DNA of 64,000 bases, from NCBI GenBank assembly GCA_015065505.1, contig SVQE01000002.1:1502-65501 (forward strand), read 5' to 3'. Below the pieces are notes generated by a model that did not search any database, was not told where the DNA came from, and saw nothing but the letters and a program-made list of their open reading frames with translations. The DNA comes from Oscillospiraceae bacterium. GTDB lineage: Bacteria > Bacillota > Clostridia > Oscillospirales > Acutalibacteraceae. The position numbers and the translations under genes are program-made. Shown piece after piece: positions 1-9,452 of the stretch; position 1 is the stretch's first letter, and every line of letters starts with the position of its first letter.

Positions 1-1
1 T

Positions 2-85
2 AAAGACGAGGTTGAAATAACCCTTGAAGAGCTATATGAATGGGAAAAGGAAAACGGCTTTGAATTTAAATATTATCCGCTGTAA
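2..85 (+). CDS. 3' end of a CDS running in from outside the window (KDEVEITLEELYEWEKENGFEFKYYPL*)
   Basis: Open frame from the window edge to TAA at 83-85, followed directly by a terminator hairpin. Confidence 0.6.
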   Translation, partial: KDEVEITLEELYEWEKENGFEFKYYPL

Positions 86-107
86 AAAACGCCTTCGGGC
101 GTTTTTT
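84..107 (+). terminator. Intrinsic terminator
   Basis: aaaaaacgcc-ttcg-ggcgtttttt hairpin with T-tract. Confidence 0.8.
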
Positions 108-239
108 ATTATGAATTAAGATAACTCCGTATTGTAATGAGTATTGAAAAATTCCCTTTAATATTCATTTAACCTTTCCGGTTTATGATGTGCTCAACAA
201 AGGAAAAACCTTTGAAACAACAGTAAAGGAGTAAATGAA

Positions 240-2219
240 ATGAAAAAATCGAAACGAACAATTAAAAATGTGATTATGGTGCTGATGATTGCGGCTTTAT
301 GCATTTGTTCATATTTCACGATAGACTATGCAAAAAATGATACCCAAACCTCAACAACCCAGGTGCAGATGCAAATGCCGTCCGGCGATATGCAGGGAGC
401 AGATAGTTCTTCGGAAAGTCAAAGCACTGATTCAAACAGCCAGTCTGCGCAGACAACAAGCACAGGCGGAGATAATTCATCGAATCAACCACCTGAAATG
501 CCGAGTGACGATAACAGCAGTGATTCATCAAATCAGCCGCCTGAAATGCCGAGCGGTGAGAACGGTAGCAGTTCATCAAATCAGCCACCCGAAATGCCGA
601 GCGGTGAGAACGGTAGCAGTTCATCAAATCAGCCACCCGAAATGCCGAGCGGTGACAACGGTAGCGATTCATCAAATCAGCCGCCTGAAATGCCGAGCGG
701 TGAGAACGGTAGCAGTTCATCAAATCGGCCGCCGAAAATGACAAATGCACAGCAGAGCAGTTCATCAAATAAACTCAGCACAAAATACTATGTATTATTC
801 GCCTGCGAAAGCCTTCTGATATCTCTTCTTCTGATATATCTCATTATGTCGCATTTTAACAAGAAGAGCTTTAAAGAAACCTTCAGAAGCTCTGATAAAG
901 TCTTGATTTATCTGCTTTCGTTAATAATTGCAACCTCGGCGCTGACTGTTGGTCATACTGCAATTGCACAGAAGCTCTCAGCAGATAATTCAACATCTCA
1001 GAGTCAGCAGATGCCGGGAGGACAGAATTCTTCTTCAGATGTTTCGGCAAGCGGTGCAACAACTGTAGATGGTGAGGATGAGACTCTCAACGGAACATAT
1101 ACTTCAACAACAAGCGACGAAAGCCCGATACTCGTTACCAACGGCGCGAATGCAACAATAAGCGGTGCAACCGTTAACAAATCCTCGGGTGACAGCACCA
1201 ACACCGAAAATTCGGAATTCTACGGCGTTAACGCAGGCATTCTTGTTCAGGCAGATTCAACTGCAACAATCAAAAATGCAACTATTTCAACAAGCGCAAA
1301 GGGCAGCAACGCTGTTTTCTCAACGGGTGAAAACTCAAAAATCTATATTTCGGATTCAACAATTACAACAACGGGCTCATCCTCATCAAGAGGACTTGAC
1401 GCAACCTACGGCGGATATATTGAAGCAGATAATGTAACAATAACAACGCAGGGCGGCTCGTGCGCTGCACTTGCAACGGACAGGGGCGAAGGCACCGTTA
1501 TTGCAAACAATTCAACTCTTGAAACAAACGGTGCAGGCTCACCCGTTATCTATTCAACTGGCGACATCAGCATAGATAACACAAAGGGCACTGCAAACGG
1601 CTCTCAGAATGTTGTTATCGAGGGTAAAAACTCTGCAACAATAACAAATTCAACGCTTACGGCAAGCGGTGCAGGCAACCGCGGAGATGTTGACCAGGCA
1701 GGCGTTATGATTTATCAGTCGATGAGCGGCGACGCTTCGGAAGGTACGGGAACATTTACAGCAGAAAATTCATCACTTTCCGTTATGTCCGACAGCAAGT
1801 ATTATAAAACCGCACCGATGTTCTTCATAACAAACACAGACGCGGTTATCAACCTCACAAACACCAAGCTCAGCTTTGGCAGCGGCGTTCTTATCAGCGC
1901 TATGGGAACAAGCGAGTGGGGCAATGAGGGCTCAAACGGCGGCAATGTTACTCTTAATGCAACAAGCCAGACCTTGAAGGGCAATATCGAGGTTGACAGC
2001 ATTTCAAGCGCATCAATCAATTTAACAAAATCAACATATGAGGGAACAATAAACGGCGATAATTCCGCAAAGGAAATCAGCTTAAAGCTTGATAAGGATT
2101 CAACAATAACCTTAACGGGCGACAGCTATGTTACCTCACTTGACAATGCCGATACAACAAACAGCAACATCAATTTCAACGGATACACTCTCTATGTAAA
2201 CGGCAAAGCGATAAATTAA
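240..2219 (+). CDS. Membrane-anchored surface protein with low-complexity PPEMP repeats and a C-terminal parallel beta-helix (adhesin/AIDA-like) domain
   Basis: N-terminal TM or signal, Ser/Gln/Pro repeats, two further TM helices, then a T/S/G/N-rich beta-solenoid pattern; RBS aaggag. Confidence 0.7.
   Translation: MKKSKRTIKNVIMVLMIAALCICSYFTIDYAKNDTQTSTTQVQMQMPSGDMQGADSSSESQSTDSNSQSAQTTSTGGDNSSNQPPEMPSDDNSSDSSNQPPEMPSGENGSSSSNQPPEMPSGENGSSSSNQPPEMPSGDNGSDSSNQPPEMPSGENGSSSSNRPPKMTNAQQSSSSNKLSTKYYVLFACESLLISLLLIYLIMSHFNKKSFKETFRSSDKVLIYLLSLIIATSALTVGHTAIAQKLSADNSTSQSQQMPGGQNSSSDVSASGATTVDGEDETLNGTYTSTTSDESPILVTNGANATISGATVNKSSGDSTNTENSEFYGVNAGILVQADSTATIKNATISTSAKGSNAVFSTGENSKIYISDSTITTTGSSSSRGLDATYGGYIEADNVTITTQGGSCAALATDRGEGTVIANNSTLETNGAGSPVIYSTGDISIDNTKGTANGSQNVVIEGKNSATITNSTLTASGAGNRGDVDQAGVMIYQSMSGDASEGTGTFTAENSSLSVMSDSKYYKTAPMFFITNTDAVINLTNTKLSFGSGVLISAMGTSEWGNEGSNGGNVTLNATSQTLKGNIEVDSISSASINLTKSTYEGTINGDNSAKEISLKLDKDSTITLTGDSYVTSLDNADTTNSNINFNGYTLYVNGKAIN
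477..770 (+). repeat. About 6 copies of a 48-bp in-frame tandem repeat (SSNQPPEMPSGENGSS)
   Basis: Visible in DNA (tcatcaaatcagccgcctgaaatgccgagcggtgagaacggtagcagt) and in protein. Confidence 0.95.
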
Positions 2220-2288
2220 TAGACACTTGATGTCCAACCGGGGACAGTCCCCGGTTGTCCCGAAACAGTTTTCACTTACCTCCAATAT

Positions 2289-2330
2289 AAAACAGCAAAG
2301 GATGCTTCAGGGCACCCTTTGTTGTTTTTT
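2289..2330 (+). terminator. Intrinsic terminator
   Basis: aacagcaaagg...cctttgttgtttttt imperfect hairpin with T-tract. Confidence 0.6.
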
Positions 2331-2420
2331 ATTGACAATTAATTATCATTTATTGATTTTTTCTTGCAAATAAGTTATTATTTAAAAGTATTAATATATT
2401 CATACGGAAGGAAAGAGGTT

Positions 2421-3743
2421 ATGAAGAATAAAACTTTCAGAAGGGGAGTTCATCCCTTCGGCGGAAAGGATTATGCGGCTGAATGCCCCATAAAAACCAT
2501 TCCTGCCGAAGAGATAATGGTCTTTCCGCTTTCGCAGCACATAGGCGCGCCTGCAAAGGCTGTTGTTGCAGTCGGCGACAGAGTGCTCAAGGGTCAGCTT
2601 ATAGCCGAGGCGGGCGGATTCATTTCTTCTCCGATATACAGCTCTGTTTCGGGAACTGTTAAAAAGATTGAAAAGCGCCTCGTAACAAACGGCTCAAAGG
2701 TTGACAGCATTGTTATCGAAAACGACTTTCAGGATGAGGCTGTTGAGGGCTACAGCGTTGACAGAAGTCTTGAAGGTTTAACGAAGGACGATATTGTTGA
2801 CATAGTTAAGAATGCCGGAATTGTTGGTATGGGCGGCGCAGGCTTCCCGACGGGCGTTAAGCTTTCGCCAAAGAATGCCGACGATGTTGATACTCTTATT
2901 ATCAATGCCGCAGAGTGCGAGCCCTATTTAACCTCGGACTACAGATTGCTTATTGAAAGAGCAGGCGATGTTATCAAGGGAATTAAGGCAGCGCTTATTG
3001 CTCTTCCGAAGGCAAAGGCTATTATCGGAATTGAGGATAATAAGCCAAAGGCAATCAAGCTGCTTAAAATTATGCTCGAGCACGAGGATAAAATTGATAT
3101 CTGCGAGCTCAGAACAAAATATCCGCAGGGCGGTGAAAGACAGCTTATCTATGCCGTTACGGGCAGAAAAATAAATTCCCGTATGCTTCCTGCCGATGCT
3201 GCGTGCGTTGTTTTAAACACTGCAAGCTGCATTGCAATATGCGAGGCGGTTTATAATAATGCTCCGCTTATTCACAGGGTTATGACAATAACGGGTGAGG
3301 GTGTTAACACTCCCTGCAATGTTGATGTACCCCTCGGAATATCGCACAGCTATCTTTTAGAGCAGTGCGGCGGCGCAAAAGAGGGGGTTACCAAATTCAT
3401 TTCGGGCGGGCCTATGATGGGTATGGCAATGTCCACGCTCGATGTGCCCGTTGTTAAAACCTCTTCATCAATTCTTGCATACATAAAGGATGATGTTGCA
3501 AATATTGTTGAAACACCCTGTATTCACTGCGGACGCTGTGCTGCAGCGTGTCCGCAAAGGCTTGTTCCTCAGCTTATGGGCAGGGCAATAAAGGCAAACA
3601 ACATTGAAACCTTTGAAAAAATCGGCGGAATGGAATGTATTGAATGCGGCTGCTGTTCATATGGCTGTCCTGCAAAAATTCCGCTTACCCAGATGTTCAA
3701 GCTGGGCAAAATCCAGGTGCGCGAGCTTCGCGCTAAGAAGTAG
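2421..3743 (+). CDS. rnfC: Rnf electron transport complex subunit C
   Basis: TFRRGVHP N-terminus, GMGGAGFPT, NAAECEPYLT and two CxxCxxCxxxCP clusters; ATG 2421 after gaaagagg. Confidence 0.95.
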   Translation: MKNKTFRRGVHPFGGKDYAAECPIKTIPAEEIMVFPLSQHIGAPAKAVVAVGDRVLKGQLIAEAGGFISSPIYSSVSGTVKKIEKRLVTNGSKVDSIVIENDFQDEAVEGYSVDRSLEGLTKDDIVDIVKNAGIVGMGGAGFPTGVKLSPKNADDVDTLIINAAECEPYLTSDYRLLIERAGDVIKGIKAALIALPKAKAIIGIEDNKPKAIKLLKIMLEHEDKIDICELRTKYPQGGERQLIYAVTGRKINSRMLPADAACVVLNTASCIAICEAVYNNAPLIHRVMTITGEGVNTPCNVDVPLGISHSYLLEQCGGAKEGVTKFISGGPMMGMAMSTLDVPVVKTSSSILAYIKDDVANIVETPCIHCGRCAAACPQRLVPQLMGRAIKANNIETFEKIGGMECIECGCCSYGCPAKIPLTQMFKLGKIQVRELRAKK

Positions 3744-3759
3744 GAAGGGGGAAAAATGA

Positions 3760-4743
3760 ATGTATAATGTTTCTGTTTCCCCTCATGTAAGGGATAAAAG
3801 CTCAACAAAATCAATAATGCGCGATGTTGCCATTGCGCTTGTTCCTACTCTTGCTTTCGGCGTTTATCAGTTCGGCTGGAATGCACTGCTTCTTATTGCA
3901 ATATCAGTTCTTTCCTGCGTTGGCTTTGAAGCGCTATATGAGCTTCTTGCCAAAAAGCCGATAACTGTTTTTGACTACAGCGCGGTTGTTACAGGCTTGA
4001 TTCTTGCAGTTAACCTGCCGCCAACTGCTGAATGGTGGATGCCGATTCTCGGAAGTGCATTTGCAATTATCGTTGTTAAAATGCTCTTCGGCGGTTTAGG
4101 TCAGAACTTTATGAACCCCGCTCTTGCAGGACGCGCGTTTCTTGCAATTTCATTCGCTCAGAGAATGACTAATTTTGCAGTTGACGGATATTCGGGCGCA
4201 ACACCTCTTGCAGTTCTTAAAGAGGGAAAATTAGTTGATATTAAGGATGTTTTCTTAGGCTTTCAGAGCGGATGCATAGGTGAGGTTTCAGCGCTTGCAA
4301 TCTTAATCGGCGCCGCGTATCTTGTCATCAGACGGGTTATTTCATTGAGAATACCGCTTACATACATAATCTCAACAATCGCAATTATCGGATTTATAAA
4401 GATTGTTCAGGGAACGCCGTTAAATGCTGATTTCGGATACTATCTTCTCGGCGAGCTTCTTTCGGGCGGACTTCTTGTCGGTGCATTCTTCATGGCAACC
4501 GACTATGTGTCAAGCCCCGTAACAGTTAAAGGCCAGATTGTTTTCGGTCTGATTATCGGCTTGCTTACAGCACTTTTCAGAACTCTCGGTCAGTCCGCAG
4601 AGGGCGTTTCCTATGCAATTCTTATCGGCAACCTTCTTGTTCCGCTGATTGAAAACAGAACTGTTCCGCGTGCTTTCGGATGCGAAAGAGAAAAGTGGTT
4701 CAGAAAACTGATTAAGGAGGGCGAAGACGATGGCAAAAAGTAA
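3760..4743 (+). CDS. rnfD: Rnf subunit D
   Basis: SPHVR, GGLGQNFMNPALAGR, flavinylation motif DGYSGATPL, FFMATD. Confidence 0.95.
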   Translation: MYNVSVSPHVRDKSSTKSIMRDVAIALVPTLAFGVYQFGWNALLLIAISVLSCVGFEALYELLAKKPITVFDYSAVVTGLILAVNLPPTAEWWMPILGSAFAIIVVKMLFGGLGQNFMNPALAGRAFLAISFAQRMTNFAVDGYSGATPLAVLKEGKLVDIKDVFLGFQSGCIGEVSALAILIGAAYLVIRRVISLRIPLTYIISTIAIIGFIKIVQGTPLNADFGYYLLGELLSGGLLVGAFFMATDYVSSPVTVKGQIVFGLIIGLLTALFRTLGQSAEGVSYAILIGNLLVPLIENRTVPRAFGCEREKWFRKLIKEGEDDGKK

Positions 4744-5344
4744 ATCAAACGCATTAAAGAATATTTCGGTTCTCTTCGTTGTTGCACTTGTTTCCGTTGC
4801 CCTTCTTGCAGTGCTTAATCAGGTAACAAAGGATAAAATTGCCGAGGCTGAAACTCAGGCAAAAATTGAGGTTTATCAGAGCGTTTTTGAAAGCGCCGAA
4901 ACAATAGAAGAGATTGAAGAGTATTCTCCAGAAAAATCCTCATATGCTCCCGAGGATGAAAGCATAACCATAAACGCCGTATTAGAGGCGCGTTCAAAGG
5001 ATAACGAAAAGCTCGGTTATGTTTTTGATGTAACAAGCTCGGAGGGCTACGGCGGCGATGTTCAGATTGCTGTCGGCATAACCAACGACGGCGAAATAAC
5101 CGCGTTCAAGGTTATATCCGCAAGCGAAACTCCGGGTCTCGGTGCAAAGTCGATGGAGGATGAATATGCCTCAGAGTTTTCGGGGCTTTCGGCTCTTGAA
5201 AACATAACATTTGTTAAATCAGATGCAAAAAGCGAAAACAATGAAATAGACGCAATCGGCGGCGCAACAATAACAACAACGGCAACAACAAACGCCGTTA
5301 ACGCCGCAATAGATATGTTTAATAATGTTTTGAAAGGGGAGTGA
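4730..5344 (+). CDS. rnfG: Rnf subunit G (FMN-binding)
   Basis: N-terminal TM, GYGG, ETPGLG, DAIGGATIT; operon position. Confidence 0.9.
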   Translation: MAKSKSNALKNISVLFVVALVSVALLAVLNQVTKDKIAEAETQAKIEVYQSVFESAETIEEIEEYSPEKSSYAPEDESITINAVLEARSKDNEKLGYVFDVTSSEGYGGDVQIAVGITNDGEITAFKVISASETPGLGAKSMEDEYASEFSGLSALENITFVKSDAKSENNEIDAIGGATITTTATTNAVNAAIDMFNNVLKGE

Positions 5345-5349
5345 GATAT

Positions 5350-6024
5350 ATGAAAGCTGTTTTAGAAAGACTTTATAACGGTATCGTTAAAGAAAATCCT
5401 ACTTTCGTGCTCATGCTCGGAATGTGTCCCACTCTTGCGGTAACAACAAGCGCGAAAAACGGTCTCGGAATGGGCTTTGCAACAATGGCGGTTCTGATTT
5501 TATCAAACTTCATTATTTCCTGCCTCAGAAAAATCATTCCCGAAGGCGTTCGTGTTCCCGTTTATATAACAATTATCGCATCCTTCGTAACAATAATCGA
5601 AATGGTTATGCATGCATTTGTTAAGCCGCTTTACGACGGACTCGGAATCTTCATTCCGCTCATCGTTGTTAACTGCATTATTCTCGGCAGAGCGGAATCA
5701 TATGCAAATAAAAACAACCCGTTTCTTTCGATTTTCGACGGTGTTGGTATCGGACTCGGTTTCACAATCGGTCTTACCTCAATAGGCATTGTTCGTGAGC
5801 TTCTCGGAAACGGAACAATTTTCGGATTCAAAATTATGCCCGATGCCTATGAGCCGATTCTTATATTCGTTATGGCGCCCGGTGCATTCCTTATTCTTGC
5901 ACTTCTCTGCGCGCTTCAGAATAAGCTTAAGCTCAAAGGTGCAAACCGCCATGTTAAGGGTAACGGCGGCTGCAGCGGCGACTGCGAATCATGCCCGATG
6001 AAGGAGGTTGAAAACGATGGCTAA
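5350..6024 (+). CDS. rnfE: Rnf subunit E
   Basis: ENPTFVLMLGMCPTLAVTTS and IPLIVVNCIILGRAE. Confidence 0.95.
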   Translation: MKAVLERLYNGIVKENPTFVLMLGMCPTLAVTTSAKNGLGMGFATMAVLILSNFIISCLRKIIPEGVRVPVYITIIASFVTIIEMVMHAFVKPLYDGLGIFIPLIVVNCIILGRAESYANKNNPFLSIFDGVGIGLGFTIGLTSIGIVRELLGNGTIFGFKIMPDAYEPILIFVMAPGAFLILALLCALQNKLKLKGANRHVKGNGGCSGDCESCPMKEVENDG

Positions 6025-6601
6025 TACTTTATTTCTTGTTTTGATTTCAACCGCTCTTATCAATAATGTAACACTTTCACAGTTCCTCGGAATATGCCCG
6101 TTCCTCGGCGTTTCAAGGAATGTTAAAACCGCAGCAGGTATGGGCGGAGCCGTTATATTCGTTATAACGCTTTCCTCGGCGGTTACATCGCTTCTCTATA
6201 CCTTTGTTCTTGATAAATTCGGCTTAACCTATCTGAAAACAATAGTTTTCATTATGGTTATTGCGTTCCTCGTTCAGCTTGTTGAGCTGTTTTTGAAGAA
6301 ATTCGTTCCGCCTCTCTACAGAGCGCTTGGCGTATATCTTCCGCTTATAACAACAAACTGTGCGGTGCTCGGCGTTGCGCTTACAAATGTTCAGAAGGAC
6401 TATGATTTTGTAACAAGCGTTGTTTCGGGCTTCGGAACAGCCGTAGGTTTCTGCGTTGCAATAGTTATTATGGCAGGAATCAGAGAAAAAACCGAAACAA
6501 ACGATTTCCCCGAAGCATTCAGAGGCACCCCCGCTGTTCTTTTAACAGCCTGCCTTATGAGCATTGCTTTTTACGGCTTCGGCGTGCTGCCGAAAGCGTA
6601 A
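6017..6601 (+). CDS. rnfA: Rnf subunit A
   Basis: QFLGICPFLGVS and YLPLITTNCAVLG; ATG 6017 after aaggagg. Confidence 0.95.
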   Translation: MANTLFLVLISTALINNVTLSQFLGICPFLGVSRNVKTAAGMGGAVIFVITLSSAVTSLLYTFVLDKFGLTYLKTIVFIMVIAFLVQLVELFLKKFVPPLYRALGVYLPLITTNCAVLGVALTNVQKDYDFVTSVVSGFGTAVGFCVAIVIMAGIREKTETNDFPEAFRGTPAVLLTACLMSIAFYGFGVLPKA

Positions 6602-6613
6602 GGAGGTGCGGAT

Positions 6614-7417
6614 ATGAATACTACAGAGGTTTTAACCGCGATAGCTGTTCTTGTTGTTATTGCGCTTATCGTCGGAATAATTCTCTCAATCGCTGAAAAG
6701 GTTTTCAAGGTTGAGGTTGACGAAAAGGAAGAGGCAATCAGAGCAGAACTTCCCGGAAGCAACTGCGGCGGCTGCGGATATGCAGGCTGCGATGCGTGCG
6801 CAAAGGCTATTGCAACGGGAGAGGCTGCAGTTTCTGCCTGCCCCGTTGGCGGTGCTCCCGTTGCACAGAAAATTGCCGAAATTATGGGCGCAGAGCTCGG
6901 CGAGCTTGAAAGAATGGTTGCATATGTTAAATGCGACGGAACCTTTGAAAAGAAGGAAAAGGATTATAATTATTTCGGAGTAGACAGCTGCGTTTACGCT
7001 GCTCTTCTTCCGGGAACAAGCCCCTATTCCTGCAAGTTCGGCTGTATAGGTCTCGGCTCCTGTGCGAGAGTCTGCGACCAGAAGGCAATCAGAATTATCA
7101 ACAAAAAAGCTGTTGTTGACGAGGATATGTGTATTGCGTGCGGAAAATGCGTTAAAATCTGTCCGCATAACTTAATCGATATTATCCCTGCATCAGCTAA
7201 ACAAAGAGTTCAGTGCTCCTCGCTTTCAAAGGGCAAGGAGGTTAAAAATGCCTGTGCAGCAGGCTGTATCGGCTGCGGACTCTGTGCAAAGAACTGTCCG
7301 AGCGATGCAATTGTTTTCACAAACAATATTCCTAAAATCGATTATTCAAAATGCACTCACTGCGGAATGTGCGTAGAAAAGTGCCCCGTTAAGATTATTA
7401 AGGTTTATAATCAGTAA
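6614..7417 (+). CDS. rnfB: Rnf subunit B (polyferredoxin)
   Basis: LPGSNCGGCGYAGC and several CxxCxxCxxxCP motifs. Confidence 0.95.
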   Translation: MNTTEVLTAIAVLVVIALIVGIILSIAEKVFKVEVDEKEEAIRAELPGSNCGGCGYAGCDACAKAIATGEAAVSACPVGGAPVAQKIAEIMGAELGELERMVAYVKCDGTFEKKEKDYNYFGVDSCVYAALLPGTSPYSCKFGCIGLGSCARVCDQKAIRIINKKAVVDEDMCIACGKCVKICPHNLIDIIPASAKQRVQCSSLSKGKEVKNACAAGCIGCGLCAKNCPSDAIVFTNNIPKIDYSKCTHCGMCVEKCPVKIIKVYNQ

Positions 7418-7428
7418 GGGTTATTCTT

Positions 7429-8451
7429 ATGAAAAAACTGATATCGGTAATTCTAATATTGGTTTTATCGGCGGTATGCTGCTCCTGTGGCATACCGCTT
7501 AATAATCAGCGCTTTTCAAGAAGCTTTTATGATTATTTCGACACGGTTTCAACCGTAACCGCTTACGATACCGATGAAGCTCAGTTCAACAAGCACTACG
7601 ATGCGTTTCATAATAAACTCGGCGAATACCACAGGCTTTTTGATATCTATAACGAATACGAGGGAATAAATAATATCAAAACCATCAACGATAAGGCAAA
7701 GGATTCGCCCGTTAAGGTTGATGAAAGAATTATTGAACTGCTTGAATTCGGCAAAGAGGTTTTTGAAATCAGCGGCGGAAAAACAAATATCTGCTTCGGC
7801 TCGGTTTTAAGCCTCTGGCACACCGCGCAGGAAGAAAAAAAGCTCCCCGATGAAAACAAGCTGAAGGAAGCCGCAAAACACACCGATATTAACGATTTGG
7901 TGATAGACAGCGAAAATAAAACTGTTTTCTTTAAGGATAAGGATTTAAAGCTTGATGTCGGCGCAATAGCAAAGGGCTGGGTTGCAAAGGAGATTTGCAA
8001 CTGGGCTCAAAGTGAGCTGTGGAACAGCGCAATGCTGAGTCTCGGCGGAAACATCTGCACCTTCGGTTATAAGGAGAGCGACGGCAAATCCCTCTGGAAT
8101 GTTCAGATTGAAAGTCCGAAGCAAAACGATAAAAACGGCGTTGCAGTTGTTAAAATCAAGGATATGAGCGTTGTTACAAGCGGCGATTATCAAAGATATT
8201 TTGAACTCGACGGCAAGCGCTACTGCCATATTATCAATACGGATACGCTTTATCCGAGTGAATTTATGCACAGCGTTTCGGTGCTCTGCAAGGATTCGGC
8301 ACTTGCCGACGCACTTTCAACAACCCTGTTCAATATGAGCATTGAAGAGGGCAAAGCCTTAATAGAAAAAACAGACGGCACCGAAGCCGTCTGGGTTGAT
8401 GAAAGCTATAATACCGTTTATTCAAGCGGATTTGAAAGCTTTCTTATCTGA
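7429..8451 (+). CDS. apbE: FAD:protein FMN transferase (lipoprotein)
   Basis: DVGAIAKG, VVTSGDYQRYF, HIIN, ADALSTTLF; follows rnf. Confidence 0.93.
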   Translation: MKKLISVILILVLSAVCCSCGIPLNNQRFSRSFYDYFDTVSTVTAYDTDEAQFNKHYDAFHNKLGEYHRLFDIYNEYEGINNIKTINDKAKDSPVKVDERIIELLEFGKEVFEISGGKTNICFGSVLSLWHTAQEEKKLPDENKLKEAAKHTDINDLVIDSENKTVFFKDKDLKLDVGAIAKGWVAKEICNWAQSELWNSAMLSLGGNICTFGYKESDGKSLWNVQIESPKQNDKNGVAVVKIKDMSVVTSGDYQRYFELDGKRYCHIINTDTLYPSEFMHSVSVLCKDSALADALSTTLFNMSIEEGKALIEKTDGTEAVWVDESYNTVYSSGFESFLI

Positions 8452-8453
8452 TA

Positions 8454-8484
8454 AAAAATCCGCAGGAATTTCCTGCGGATTTTT
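8454..8484. terminator. Bidirectional terminator
   Basis: aaaaatccgcagg-aattt-cctgcggattttt perfect stem between convergent genes. Confidence 0.85.
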
Positions 8485-8542
8485 GCGATATATTGTGCTG
8501 TGCGCAATGCGATATTTGCAAGAATACTTGCCACGCTTTTAT

Positions 8543-8622
8543 ACTGTCCACTGACCACTGACCACTGTCCACTGTCCACTAACCACTGTCCACTGTCCAC
8601 TAACCACTGTCCACTGACCACT
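8543..8622. repeat. Heptamer tandem array, 11 copies of ACTGTCC/ACTGACC/ACTAACC
   Basis: Read directly from sequence; intergenic. Confidence 0.95.
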
Positions 8623-8627
8623 ATTAA

Positions 8628-9452
8628 TTAATCCTCATCGGGAAGCTTTCTGTCAACCATATTCATAACCGAAAATGCTGCAACGGAAAGAACAAATGAG
8701 AAGAATGCGAGTATCAGGAACTCTTTAACAGAGGTTGAAACAATGGATTGCTTGTGTATTTCGGGAAGGATGTTTATGCCGCCGCCGACATTGAAAACAA
8801 CAAGCAGAATCGAGCCTACTGCGGTTGCGGCAGTGCCCGTAAACAATCCGCCTATTGCATAGAAATATCCGCTTTTCTTCTTTTTATACATAAACAGAAC
8901 TGCAGGGAAGCAAACAAAAGTAATAATAAACGAAATAATTGTTAATCTCGGGAATAACCTTGAAAATTCTGCAATTCTTTCGTCAACGCCTCCCGTATTG
9001 TGCAAACCAACGGTGTCGCTGTATATCTTTGCGGCTTTTTCCGCAGCTCTTTTAACATCGGCTTTGTTATAGCTGATGCCGTTTCCGTCAAGATATTCAG
9101 TGCTGAGCTCATAGAAATAGCTGATTTTATTTTCACTGTAAAGCGTTTCATTTTCTTCACTGAAAACGCTCAGAGCTGCCTGGCGAAGTGCTTCACCCGT
9201 CGGGAAATCGTCTTCAACTCTTTCAAAAACTCTTGCAGGAATTGCGGTTTCATCGGAGAGCGCCTCGTATTTCATATTCAGCTGCTTGTTACATTCTGCA
9301 ACAAGCTCCGAGCTTGCGAACTGATTAACAAAGAAATTCTGGTCCGCAGTGGTGAATGTCATAATTATGGAAATCAGAAAAACCATTGTGCTGATTGCCA
9401 TAGTGATTACGAGAATACTTGAAATAATTCTTCTTGAAGCATTTAAATTCAT
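8628..9452 (-). CDS. Hypothetical membrane protein (1 TM, extracellular helical region, 3 TM)
   Basis: Hydrophobic pattern; translationally coupled to the upstream gene. Confidence 0.75.
   Translation of the reverse strand: MNLNASRRIISSILVITMAISTMVFLISIIMTFTTADQNFFVNQFASSELVAECNKQLNMKYEALSDETAIPARVFERVEDDFPTGEALRQAALSVFSEENETLYSENKISYFYELSTEYLDGNGISYNKADVKRAAEKAAKIYSDTVGLHNTGGVDERIAEFSRLFPRLTIISFIITFVCFPAVLFMYKKKKSGYFYAIGGLFTGTAATAVGSILLVVFNVGGGINILPEIHKQSIVSTSVKEFLILAFFSFVLSVAAFSVMNMVDRKLPDED

Noticed and set aside
477-770. Regular repeats as a CRISPR array
   Set aside because: They are contiguous in-frame coding repeats with no unique spacers, and there are no cas genes
8418-8621. 67-aa ORF (VDSGQW repeats) and the similar 15426-15713 ORF
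   Set aside because: Translations of heptamer arrays with no RBS; likely spurious
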